A stretch of DNA of 64,000 bases from the NCBI RefSeq assembly GCF_021869535.1, contig NW_026262701.1:110918001-110982000 (forward strand). Reading direction: 5' to 3'. Both the position numbers and the translations under genes were made by a program. This DNA is from Mytilus californianus (taxonomy: Eukaryota). Positions 25,801 to 38,100 of this stretch are shown here, in pieces (position 1 is the stretch's first letter; the number at the start of each line of letters is the position of its first letter). The notes under the pieces are model-generated. The model was given only the letters and a program-made list of their open reading frames with translations. It had not been told where the DNA came from and ran no database searches.

Positions 25801-28800
25801 TGATCCAGTCTATGTGCATTGTTTCATTCAATTCTTTTTGTTGGTCGTGTAGTCCGAGATTCAGACGTCAGAGCAATTTTGTACTAGAGATCGTGTTGCT
25901 CAGCCTTTAGATTGCTATGGAGTGTTTTGTAGACTGTTGTTTGTATTTACACCAAATTGGTAATTATGACTTCGTCATATTTGTAACAACTGTGACCTAT
26001 ATATGTTACAGTGAATTTGTAAAATCAGGGATTTTGTAAAATCCCTGGAATAATTAGTGATTTTGTAAAACCACAGTTTAAACTTGATATTAGAAATTTG
26101 TTTTTCTTAATATAAAAACAGACTTTGAAATACATAAAACTTTTGTACAGTGATTATGAATTTGGGTGACATCTACTGTTACATAATTGCCCTGCTTTTC
26201 GACAGGCACACCTATTTTGTTCACATCTATTCTTTCCAGAACATCCATATTTTAAAAAACCTTGCCCATCGCAAATGGAGGACAGTTTAACTGCTTGTCG
26301 AAAAGGTATGAAATTGCCAATAGATACATCTGACGGACTCAAAAACAGGGAATCAGTGGGTTCAAACTGGTTTCTTGAGTATGACAATAACAAAATGCCA
26401 TATTTGGTACCAAGACGATAACCTTTCTCTTACTTTCCATGGACAATTGCCATTAAATTGGATCACCCTTTCCACAATCAACAACTGTAATAGGAATAAC
26501 AACATTACATCTAATGCTTACTTCTTCTAAAACTTTATTAGTCAGACGTAACATACGATTGGCTTGTTTTATTATTGATTGAGAAGCAATGACCTGAAAT
26601 TTCAGGGATTTTACAAAATTCCTGATTTAAAAAATTTACTGTAACATATATACCGTGTGCGCGTCTTTTGGAATCAAGCGCGCTAATATTAATATTTTAA
26701 CAACATAATTAATGATTTGGCAAGTATTAAATCAAGATGCAGGAGCCAAAAGCTAGCAAAACATAATATATCAGATAAGATTTTTGGAGGAAAAAAAACC
26801 CCAAAACATCTATTTATTTCCTTTTTTGTTTGCGCTTGTTTAATTAAATCTAAACGATAAAATATGGACAAAGTTTGTTAATATGTTACTTAATCTACCA
26901 AACATTTAAAAGTGCCTTGTTCAGAATTAGAGTTCTCAACAGTCACTACAAGACGTCATTACAGCGTCCAGAAAGAAGACATCGATCAGAGAAGTCAAGA
27001 ATTTGACGTCGATTTGCACCAGAATAAAAGAGGCCATGAACCCATGTTCAAATCTGGTGAAACTATTTAGGATATACAAATCAACATAAAAACAAAACCT
27101 GAGGGAATTTTATCACAAGATCTAAGACAGAGAAAACATGTCGCGTGTCATTTGAGACATAGACACGTCGTATCGGTCAACGATTAGTGATGGTTACCGT
27201 GTTGATTCCAGTCGTTCTTCATCATAACTCTGTGGAAGCAGTTTTATGTGTAATGAGCACACCCCTGTTAATGTATGTCCGTATCATATTGGCATGCACA
27301 CGCGTGGCGTATCAAATAAGATACGTAAACACATATAAAGGGGCAGCGGTCATATTTTACTGCTAAAATTTACTCGAATAATTCAATCCCTCTCCGTGTC
27401 CGATTTTCTTCCATGCGATGCCGCCACCGTAGAGCAGCGGAATATAATGACTATATTATTCGGTTTATGCTGAAATGGGAAATTGATAATGGGAAAGCCG
27501 AAATCGTCACGTTTGTCATGGATACTAGTGTGAAGTAGTCCATACGTGTTGATACTAAGAACATGAACCAGCATTGAAGCAGGCCTTCTAATTTCGGTAA
27601 TATCCTTAATTTCAAGTTAACTGGATAGAGTAGATGCAAGCACTCACTAAAATGTGGATTGGTGAGTGACAGACATCATCATTATATCAAAGAACTTGGA
27701 TGTAACGTATAATAATTAAACCTGGTGAGATAAAATGGAATGACATTTTTGTATCTGTGTATTAAGGGGAGTCGTTGCAGTTTCCCATATAAGAATACTA
27801 GTATTGTCAATTCTTAAATGATTTTGAGATATGCTGTAGATCGAGATTGGTATTTTTGAAACACATGAAATAAAACAGAGGTAATAGTATTTGTTTTCGA
27901 ATAAAGTGAGATTCAAACTTTTGTTATTTCGATGAAATTTAATAAAACAACTTTAAGATTTAAAAAAGAGATATCAGTTTTAGCAATGAAAATAGCGAAC
28001 TTGGTTTATTTAAAAGCTTTTATAATGTGACTAGTATTGTTTCATTGCATTACGTGTTTGAATTTTTGTTTTTCTTACCAAAATAAGATAAAGCCGACCT
28101 TTATTTAGAAGTTTGACAAATGCATTATGCGTTATGTTCTTGAAAATGTGTTTCATGCACCGGAATTGTCACATTATATTTTGCGGGAAAATCATTTTTC
28201 AACGTTCGGAAAAAAAGTGCATACATCAAAGAAACAAGGGGAGAAATGCATCACTTGTATGTTAACTACTATGGTATAAATCTGATAAACATATTTAAAT
28301 AAGTTTTCGTATTTACTCACTTACAACATTTCGATAGTAAAGTTTCTACGGGGAAAAGAAACGTAAAACCATTTTACAGGAAAATAATTTCGTAACAAAA
28401 GTTTGTGTTGGTTGCATTACAAAGATATATTGTTTTGAGTTCAGGAGAATAAAGGATTTGCTTATTGAAGTTAGTTTTCGAGCGTCACCCTTTTAACACC
28501 TAAATTAATTGACTTAGTGGTGTTAATCTTACTGAAATAATTTCAAGAAAAATATCGTTGTATCTTATGTTTTTAATTTCTTTTTCCGTCACTCACGAAC
28601 GTGCATGGGTTTGTTTTAATTTGATTTTTCATCTTCAGTTATATATTTTTTTTTTTTCCTAAATAAAGACGCATGTCCAAGGGAACTTATATGCTATGTA
28701 CCATGATCCAAAACTATATCCAGATCCAGAGAGCTTTAAACCAGAAAGATGGATGGACGGTAAAATGGATAGGAAGCTCAAATCACTGTCAAACTTGGTC

Positions 28801-30780
28801 TGGGGTCATGGAGCAAGAATGTGTATTGGCAAGTATATAAAGTAGATATGTGTGCTTATTTCAATTTTTATTATGCCCCACCTACGATAGTAGAAGGGGC
28901 ATTATGTTTTCTGGTCTGTGCGTCCGTTCGTTCGTCCTTCCGTCTGTCTGTCCCGCTCCAGGTTAAAGTTTTTGGTCAAGGTAGTTTTTGATGAAGTTTA
29001 AGTCCTATCAACTTGAAACTTAGTACACATGTTCTCTATGATATGATCTTTCTAATTTTAATGCCAAATTAAGAGTTTTGACCCCAATTTCACGGTCCAC
29101 TGAACATAGAAAATGATAGTGCGAGTGGGGCATCCGTGTACTATGGACACATTCTTGTTGTATGCTGTTTTTATATTGATATAATAGGTGTTCCATGTCA
29201 GCTGACTTTTCAGTAGATAGGGGGAATTTGTAACTTTTGACTCTCTCTTTGTTTACAATTGAGCAAAGATCAAACTAATTCATCGAATACTAAATGTAGT
29301 CTAGTTTATAATTTCAAGCAGTTTTTCATACTAATATCTAGTCAAGATTGTTGCTTGTAATCTATCTGAACGTAATATTTGTTTATTTTTAGGTAGAAGA
29401 TTCGCAGAACAAGAGATGTATATAATGTTGACCAAGGTATTAGTTATATTTCTGTGGTCATGTTAAGAACTGTAATAAAAAGGGAATAAAAAGAGATGAT
29501 GGTATAAGTCAATGATAACTCATCCAATTTTGTTGATATAACGGAACTATAAGCAACTGTCATATGGCAGGTTTAGCTAGCTATAAAACCAGGTTCAAAC
29601 CACCATTTTATTCGGAAAATGCTTGTACCAAGTTAGGAATATGGCAGTTGTTTTTCACTTGTTCTGTTGATTGATAGCGTTTGATTTTGTTGTCAGTTTT
29701 TATGGACATCCCTTTTGAATTGCCTTCGAATTCGATATTTTTGTTATACTTTTTTATGCAACAACCAAATGACACAAATATCTAAAAGGACATCTACGCT
29801 ATCCATTTCTTGTTCAGTGCATGTAATGATCTTGTGTAATGAATTATCTGGTATCTATCAAATTTCGATATTGCCTTTAGGCATAAGATTTTGATAGATA
29901 GATAGATCGAGCATTAGCAAGAAATTAAATTCCAAAATTTTTCAATATGATCCAGCAATTTCAGTGATAGAATTAGAACTTATCTTGTGTGGAATCTCTT
30001 CAAATAGCAAATCATTAATTAAAGAGTTTTTTTTTTAAATATTTCCTCCCTGTCTTATTAATTCAATTCCAAGTTTGTTGCAGTGGTTTTGGTTTGATTA
30101 CCAGATTCTTGTTCAAAGCTTTCCTCGAACAATTCAACAGCTCCATAAAATAAGCAGTTCCAGCTCGCTTATTTGATACAATGTTGTTCGTTATATTATA
30201 TATTGTATTATACCGCTTCTTTATAATATTCAGTTGAACAGGTTATTTTCTCGAGTATGAGCCGAATCTTCGGATACGGGGCTTGGTTAGGTAGGTACTA
30301 CTGTATTGTTGCAGTTACAGATTGTCTTCAAACATATATATATAAATAAAAAAGATACAAGGTTTATAAATTGTTACGCAGAGGCGTATTTCGTCTACAT
30401 CCGACTCATCAGTTGCTTTAGAATCAAAACAGTTGAAGGGGGCAAATCAAAAACAAAGTTGAAAAGCATTGCAGGCCAAGTTTCAAAAAGAAATTCCAAA
30501 TGCAGCTAAGGCAATCTATGCCTGGGGAAGAAAAGTGTTATATATTATATAAGTTAATGTTTCAGGACCTTTATACACCTATTGAATAGTGGGAATTCGG
30601 ATTTTTCATCATTAATCGAACACTTTTTTTATTTCCATTTTCAGACATTTGACATTTCTATTTCAGATAATTCAAAATTTCAAATTGGAATACCACCATG
30701 AAGATATTGAACCTATCCTGAATACGGTAATGACACCCGACAGACCACTCAGACTGAAATTTATTCCTCGATCGGACTGA
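13899..30780 (+). CDS. CYP10: Mitochondrial-clan cytochrome P450, CYP10-like (534 aa, 11 coding exons)
   Basis: Exons 13899-14018, 16277-16447, 16728-16924, 18757-18947, 19751-19971, 23035-23175, 24009-24175, 24815-24893, 28669-28828, 29393-29436, 30667-30780 sum to 1605 nt, in frame. Motifs: PGPKGLPIVGTLFDYFKKDGP, GEEWHRHR (helix C), SATETT (helix I), KETFR (ExxR), KPERW, heme motif WGHGARMCIG. From memory these closely match Lymnaea CYP10; subfamily assignment needs BLAST/phylogeny. An acceptor-like TTTATAG just before the ATG implies a non-coding first exon upstream. Confidence 0.9.
14230..14480 (+). repeat. Interspersed repeat family 2 (GAGGCGAAAGATACCAAAGGGACATTCAAACTCATAAGTC...)
   Basis: Related copies at about 6230-6320 (-), 23420-23590 (+), 24618-24720 (+). 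Confidence 0.75.
15505..15640 (+). repeat. Interspersed repeat family 3 (TACCAAGTCAGGAATATGACAGTTGTTTTCC...GGTATTTTTGTT)
   Basis: Near-identical copies at about 19470-19600 and 29625-29760, all on + within CYP10 introns. Confidence 0.8.
17645..17900 (+). mobile_element. Degenerate Penelope-like retroelement RT C-terminal fragment
   Basis: Frameshifted translation gives KFGDYVDCIYP..IK.TTD..KSTTYLELHLDI, the IYP-ELEIKDTT-SASYLDL type region; aligns with the 27472-27660 fragment. Confidence 0.55.
25428..25469 (-). ncRNA. Hammerhead ribozyme motif (family A) within a roughly 390-bp retrozyme-like unit (about 25400-25790)
   Basis: Reverse complement: cgtca CTGATTA gtct tatgt agaa GAAA cacgtg TC tggcg. 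Stem I of 5 bp, palindromic stem III CACGTG; G8>T and a broken stem II closing pair. Confidence 0.65.
26004..26646 (-). mobile_element. Internally deleted Ginger2/TDD-type DNA transposon with integrase C-terminal remnant
   Basis: About 45-bp TIRs starting TGTTACAGT / ending ACTGTAACA, TATA on both sides (4-bp TSD). Disrupted coding sequence VDCGKGDP..GYRLGTKYGIL..YSRNQF..GQGFLKYGCSGKNRCEQNRCACRKAGQLCNSRCH, the Cys-rich tail of KRBA2/SCAND3-like (Ginger2) integrases. Confidence 0.75.
27472..27660 (-). mobile_element. Penelope-like retroelement RT C-terminal fragment
   Basis: Translation with one frameshift: NPHFSECLHLLYP..IKDITE..PAS...GLLHTSIHDKRDDFGFPIINFPF; DKRDDFxFxIxNFPF is characteristic of the post-RT region of these elements. 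Confidence 0.7.
28868..29158 (+). mobile_element. Short HINE/pearl-like element
   Basis: T-rich start, subTIRs TATGCCCC / GTGGGGCAT (29125-29133), CGTy/GTCT microsatellite, 3' hairpin GTGT..ACAC; degenerate relatives at about 56016-56330. Confidence 0.75.
30376..30417 (-). ncRNA. Hammerhead ribozyme motif (family A), core intact
   Basis: Reverse complement: agcaa CTGATGA gtc ggatgta gac GAAA tacgcc TC tgcgt. 3-bp stem II intact; stems I and III imperfect. Confidence 0.6.
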
Positions 30781-31710
30781 CATCAATACTCAATACAATG
30801 ATAACAGTGTGTTCAGGAGGAAGAAGTGTATACATGTAGTTTGTCGGATTACGTATGACTCTGTGATATTCTATTTCTGTGATATAATAAACTTCAAACA
30901 TTTCATTTATAACATAGACTGATCTTTTAACAATGTGGTAAAGCTGTTCTCTTGAAAAAATATTTCTGCTCATTTCTTAACTTTTCATGACAAAATTCCG
31001 ATGTTCAAAAAATATTTGAGAATAGTTTACAGTAAAGTACTTCCAGCATTTTTTTTAATATTTCAACTTTAGTAAAAGAGTTAACATGTCTCTTTAGTTA
31101 TGGATAACAATAATACAAATGCATAAGGAAATAAAAGAAGTTAACAGTATTTCAAAAGTATGTTTTATTGTTGGTATCTTTGCACTTTAATTATGTGTTT
31201 CTTCCAATCTGAATGCAGTTATATAATTAGTTCAATGGGAGAAATTGTAATTAATGACAACACTTTATATATATCTCATACAATTAATAATATGATATAA
31301 AAATTAACCAGAACAGACAAATGAATAAAACAGTATACTGTAAAGGGGAAAATAAGGGACAAGAAAAAACGGATATTAGAAATTGCAAAATGTAAACCCT
31401 TGGATAATAATCATTTAACAGTATTCTCTCTTCACCCTTTTTAAAGCAAGGGAATGATAAGCTTTTATGTCATTACTACCACTGGGTCAAAACCTCTGCT
31501 GGTGAACTGTTAGTCCCCGAGGGTATCACCAGCCCAGTAGCCAGTACTTTGGTACTGGCATAAAAATACAGATATTGTGTGATTAAATTTATAAAATTTT
31601 GGAAATCATCTTAAACTAGATATGGACAATCCCCTCCCCCTTTCTGTTCTGCCATATGCATGAGTATAGTTCCACATATTTTAGATTTGACAAACAGTGA
31701 TGTTGGCATA

Positions 31711-32070
31711 CAACTTGAAATTGTTACGCCGTCTGTAAGACACAAATTATGCCCCCGCCTGACCATAGAAAATTATAAATTTAACACTCTGTATGATGAT
31801 GTAACTGTAGGAGGAGATAACCGGACAAACCATGATCTCTTTATGCTAGTAGCAAAAAAATGACCAAGTCCAACTACCTGTCATTTTCAGAATATTTAAA
31901 AAAAATCAAAATCCTGTGGCCATGCACACCTTCATTATGTGTATTAACATCCTACAAAATATTAAAGTTGTACCTCCAAAACTGTAGGAGGAGATAGCCA
32001 GACAAACAATGTATCTTAATCAAGACTCCCCACCCGCCCCCCGCCGACATTTTGTCGCGGGGGCATAATA
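31711..32070 (-). mobile_element. Short HINE-type element
   Basis: Inverted TTATGCCCCCGC (about 31747) / GCGGGGGCATAA (about 32057), A-rich ends. Confidence 0.65.
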
Positions 32071-32208
32071 AAGGAATATATCTCCCTTATGCAAAGCTCT
32101 GATTCCTTGTGACGTCCGAATTAGGCTATGCTTTAAGTCCTTTTTTGGTTTCATCCTCTCTTCAACATATGTATTAGATTTTGGATATTCCAATATATTT
32201 TGGCCTCG

Positions 32209-32253
32209 AGCATCACTGAAGAGACATTATTTGTTGAAATGCGCATCTGAATC
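32209..32253 (+). ncRNA. Near-intact minimal type I hammerhead ribozyme (family B)
   Basis: gcatca CTGAAGA gaca ttatt tgtt GAAA tgcgca TC tga: full core (32216-32222, 32236-32239), 4-bp stem II, palindromic stem III ATGCGCAT, AUC cleavage triplet, 3-bp stem I. Confidence 0.72.
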
Positions 32254-33996
32254 ATCAAAATTGGTACCTTTTATGTTATTAGCTGATAATAAATTAAGAA
32301 AGTTATATTGAACACAAGTGCTGGATTATCATACTGTGGGATTAGGTAGTATTTCTTATGTGGACAAAGTATAAAAATCATGAACAAATATTTGTCTTTT
32401 ATTGTGTGAAATCTCTTTTAACACACAGGAAATAATATATTTTGCACCTAAAATAAAAATAATGCATAATCATAATGTTTCATCAAATAATATTGGAAAT
32501 AAAGTACATATTGATGATTGTAACCAAAAAATCATCTGATTGATAAAATATCACAATATTCAAAGTACTACTGTAAAAAAAGACATCAGAAGATTATGCA
32601 GAGTTATCAATTTGTCCCTCATAATGATGCTTAATCCAGATCTAAGATTTCCAAATATTTTATTTGATCATTCAGTTCTGTAAAAAAAAATCAAAACCCA
32701 ATCTCCATAAAAAAAAACCACAACACTGGTACCTATTTATAGAATAATAAAAATTTGGGGAATGATTTTCCACACAAATATTTAAAGTAATAAAAATAAT
32801 TTCTTCCTGATTAGTTAAAAAAGGTGAAGCTTGAAAAAGTACGACATTAAAAAAAACATTGCATTTTCTGTCTAGTAGCAAAAAAAAATCACATAAAAAA
32901 ATTTCTTACATAACTATTACTCATTCTGTAGAGGTAAAAAATCAAAAATATTTACTCGCTGAACTCTTTCCCATATTTATTTTTTTGCATAATAATTCAG
33001 ATAAACTATCACAAACACATGTGGGAATGTAAAAATTTGTTTCCTCAATCTGCTTGCATCACTTATCTTCAGTTAATGATCCTTTTTAAACTTTATCTTA
33101 TATTGACTAGAATCCTTTAACTCCTACACTTTACAATCATTCAATCTACTAAAATGGTAAACATGAGTGGATGCACTAAAATGTCTCACCAGTTCAACTG
33201 ATTTATGTTAAAGTCGTATTATACAGGTATCATATGGTAAACAAAACATTAATGATCCATGAAAATGAGGTCTTGCCAAGGTGAACCCTCTCAGACAGGT
33301 TGTTCACTTTTCAATGATTCTATTCACCAAAAGTTAGTAGGATTTACATGTACTTTTATTAAGTAAGATTTGCATGAAATCACAGAAACTTAACATTGAA
33401 AAATGGAAAATGAGATCAAGGTTAGATGTATGCAGTCAGACTACACTTTTAATATATCATGTAGTGTAATTGTCATCTAACAAAGAATTCCACTCAAATT
33501 TGTGCTAGGGGTCATCTTGAACTTGAAGTGAGCTTAGAGGTTTTTGCACTATGTTGAAGGCCTCACTGTGACTTTGAGATAAAGAAAATAAGGCAGTCAA
33601 AATGCTGTTATTTACTTTTTGTTTTTTATAAGCATATTGTTATTTTGTGTCTTGAACTGATATGCCTTATCCTTCCTTTTCCACATGTACTTGTTATTCA
33701 TTAATTATGGTGGGCCTATAACTTAGAGAAACTGACCTTTATGCTAAAATGAACCATGAAAATAAGGGTCCTTGTCAAACAGGCATGTTTCTAATTGACA
33801 AAATATATTGGATGTGATACAGAAAATGACTGAAAACATAACCTGTTGACCAATCAACTATGAAAATGAGTTCATGGTGAATTCATATGTATACCTTGGA
33901 ATGATAATGATTCTATATACCAAATTTTGTGGACCTATTCCTCATAACTGAAAAGATCATTTGATAACCATACACATGTAGTCAATGCACTATAAT

Positions 33997-34958
33997 AAAC
34001 TGTTATCACAGAGATATGTCTCGCCTTTTTGTAATTTTGATAATGCAAATGTTGAAATTAAAATAGCAATACTTTATCATGTAAGTTATGCAAATATTCA
34101 AAGTTGATGAACCATGACTGAAGATACATGGCTAAACAATCTCCATGGAATGAGATGTGCCAATGCTAATACAACTGCATACCAAATACCATTGACTTAT
34201 CATAAGTCGTTCCCTTTAAACAAACCTAAACACAAACATTAACTTGTAAACTATGTAAAAGTTTCAAAATCAGGGGTGGGGCTATATAATCTCCATGGAA
34301 ACGATACTTGAAAATGCCAATAAATTTGCTTACCAAATATCATTGACTTAACATTAGCAGTTCATCTTAAACTGATCTAATGACATACTAATACATGTAA
34401 ACTAAGCAAAAGTTTCAAAGTAAATAGACCATGACTGAGGGGTGGGCCAAATATTCTCCATGGAAATGAGATGTGCTAATGCTTATACAACTGAACACCA
34501 ATTAACATTGGCCTACCACTAATGGTTCCCCTTGAACTGACCTAATCACAAACTAATACATGTTAACTTAGCAAAATTTTCAAAGTCTATAGACCATGAC
34601 TAAGGGGGCGGAGCCAAATAATCTCCATGGAAATGAGATATGCCAATGCTTATACAACTGCATACCAAATATCATTGACCTACCACTAGTGGTTCCCCAT
34701 AAATTGACCTAATCACAAACTAATACATGTAAACTATGAAAAGTTTCAAAGTCAATAGACCTTGACTGAGGGGGCAGGGCCAAATAATCTTCATGGTAAT
34801 GAGATGTGCCAATGCTAATACAACTGCATACCAAATATCATTGACCTACCACTAGTGATTCACCATGAACTAAACCTAATCACAAACTAATACATTGTTG
34901 ACGCCGGAAACAGCATACCTATGTCTCGCTTTTTGACTCCATCAAGATGAGACAAAAA
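33997..34958 (-). mobile_element. HINE-type element with an approximately 170-bp internal tandem array
   Basis: Repeated TGTGCCAATGCT.ATACAACTGCATACCAAATATCATTGAC units at about 34157-34850; TGTCTCGC / GAGACA terminal motifs. Confidence 0.6.
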
Positions 34959-35164
34959 TGATGTCACAGATAATATACATTCTCAAGATGGAAATTCCAC
35001 ATCAAATCTAGCTTTTCTATCTTCTAAAAATTCAAAGCTTTATAAAGTTTTTTTATGTTACAGTCCTCAGATTAGCACCCCTATCTCTCATAATTTGCTA
35101 ATTCTTTTTAGGTGGGATATTACAGGTCACAAGTATACACAACGTTCCGGCCTGTTCTGTTATT

Positions 35165-38100
35165 TTAGAGATCACAGTGTACTATTGTCCAGAACATCAA
35201 CCATGTTGGCAAAACTGTAAAACAAAATAAGCCATACATCCATGACCCAAACAAATATCTGTCTAAGATTGTCAAAACTAGGCCATGTTTCATGCTCTCA
35301 AAGGACTTCTGTATTAAATCCCATGATCCTTTGTAACGTCCTTCCATTGTTGAGATCATTGATGCTATACAAATTTGAACTGCAGGACACAGGAGTAGAA
35401 GTAAAATCTTTTGTAGCCAACAAAATATTCTGAAACAAGATGTAACATATATATATATATATATAAAATACAATTTTCCAAGATATTTTATAATTGCATG
35501 ACAAATACTGGAGTTTTTTCAATGATTATTCTGACTGATTTTAACATTTTTTTCAAGATTAATCTACATTTACCTATCAATTCACCAGACCAGTATGGTG
35601 TCGTATCTCTGATCAATTCCATAGGGTGTTGATGTTTGTTCACTGTTGAAGGCCGACTTTTAGATGTCTTATCTGTTTAATGGGTGTTGATGGGTTACTT
35701 TACACATTTTTTTGAAATCTCCTTTTTTCAAATTTGAATTCATCTACTCATTTATCAAAACACATATTCAAACATGTGGAGGGATGACAAAAACAGATTT
35801 TATTGTAGCTAAATTGGGTTTTCCTAAAGTGTATGCAAGTATTTAGCCTTATCACATATCTTATATGTTATGTTAATTTCGGTCAAACTAAAAATGTAAA
35901 CAGTTTGTTTTCTGTAATATGGATTGAATTAGTTTTGTTTTCCATTGGTTTATGTAATAAGAGAAAAAAAACTTACAAATAAATCAGCTTAAATTTAAAA
36001 AGAGACAATTCAATTTCCATATATCATAACAAATGCCCACTCTTTCTTAAAAAATACCTTAAACAGTAGTTTTTGTAAAATCACAATTCAAATCAAATTC
36101 AAAATTTCACTTTGTAAAAGTAAAGAGAATGTTCCAAAATGTAATACTTTTTTCCCAACTTTACAACCCTAACTTTGCAGTCCATGTAATAGGCATTTTC
36201 TGTGCTTTTTCAAGAAGACACTGGAAAAAATTCCCTGTATTGAAATCTACAGCATCAGACATTTTAAAAGTGAAGTTTTATAATTAGCAGTCCTTACCTA
36301 TTTTTACAAGGATGTGTAATAACTGTTACAGGTATTATAAATACTGCTAAGAAGAAGGCTAAAGATATGTTCATCAATGATATAGAAAAAAGTACTAATG
36401 ACTGGAATATCAGGCCTATACTCTTCAGTAGTTCCCAATCAAATATCAACCTCTTATCAGATGACTGGGATTTTCTGAAAAATAATAAATCACTGTCTTC
36501 AAAGGAAAATACATGTGCATTAAACAGAAACAAATTATCTCATCTTATGACTAACAAATATACACAAACATTTTTTTTTCTCAAAACAACATAATGTTTT
36601 TAAAAATCAATCTTTTTAACTATTCAGATTACCTTTAATAGTTTGCTGGCTTGCTTTTTTGAGTTTTTGATTAGTATCAAACTTAGATATTATCTACTTT
36701 TCATATCTTAGCTATGATGGACATTCTAAATACAAAGCATGAAGACAGCACTTAATACATAAAGATAGGTATAACCTAGTTTGACTTTCGAATATTCTTA
36801 TTACAAAAGAAATTATAACTTATTAAGTTTTCCTAAATCTATCTGGATGTGCTTGTAAGAAATTAGTACCCCAACTGATGCCAACTTTCAAGGGTTGTAA
36901 TTCCATGAAAATTATGTCGTTTGAAACACAACTCTATTTGTAACTCAAAATTTATTTCTTATAAACCAAATAAAACACTTTTATTAGCAATTATTACATT
37001 TTCCCTTGGATCCTACTGCCTAATATTTTTTAGATCATGGATAAGACCTGATACTCGAAAATATTAGGCAATGATGTCATGTATCAATGAAACAAGGTCA
37101 AGTATTCATGTCCATCCACATCAATTTATCAAGGAAATGCAGGCAACTTCATTCATTCAACGAACAACTATCACAATATTAGGTACGCAAAGAAATAGTT
37201 TTACTAATTTTTTCATTTATTTCATATTCTCAACCAAAAAAAAACATTGTTATGACAAATTAAAGACGAAATTAATAATGGCATTTTATTTTTTATACTT
37301 ACTTTATCAGCTCAAATAATAGCTTGCCCTAGAGGGCTTCCTTAATATTCTTGCTGATAGTCAGTTTCAAAAAATAAAATGCCATTATTCCATATTTATT
37401 ATTAGTTAAACCAAAAATCAGCTCAATGACTATAGGTATAACTTAGAAGTCCAGACAACTGTGTAATTTAGGAATTGCATTAGGACAGTCATAGGTAATA
37501 CTACTTGCCATGACCGGGTAATAAAAGATTAATGGTGAAGGTCTATATCTTATCTATTTACACAAGTTACTTACTTTGCTACAGTCCTTGGTAATAAAAG
37601 ACAAGCAGAGAACAAAGCCAGCAGTCCAAAGAAGACTGTATCTTCTACCCCAATCCTGAATGATGGAGACATAGTTGTAACAAACTCTGGTCCAGTAAAA
37701 CAGAATACACCCATCAGAAAACTAAATAATATTAAAGGTAATACTGTTGATACTCCTTCTCTAGAGGCTTCCTACAATAATTAAAATGTATTTTTATAAT
37801 AAAAATACAATACAAAAACATCACACACATTTGTATTTATGCATTACCCTAGTAGTTTACACACATACAAATTTCAAGAACTAATGCAATTAACAGCTAT
37901 TTTGTCAAAAATATGTAAATGCAATAAAATATTTCCAGTGTTGCAATAATAAGCTTTATTTGTTCACTTCTTAACTTTATAAACTTTATGGAATAACTGT
38001 TGTGATTGTTGAGAGAAAAGAGTGTCCTGTTTTTACATTAATAATTTTGAGTTGATTATAGTTACTTATATATTTCTGATCCATCATTGTAACTATACAA

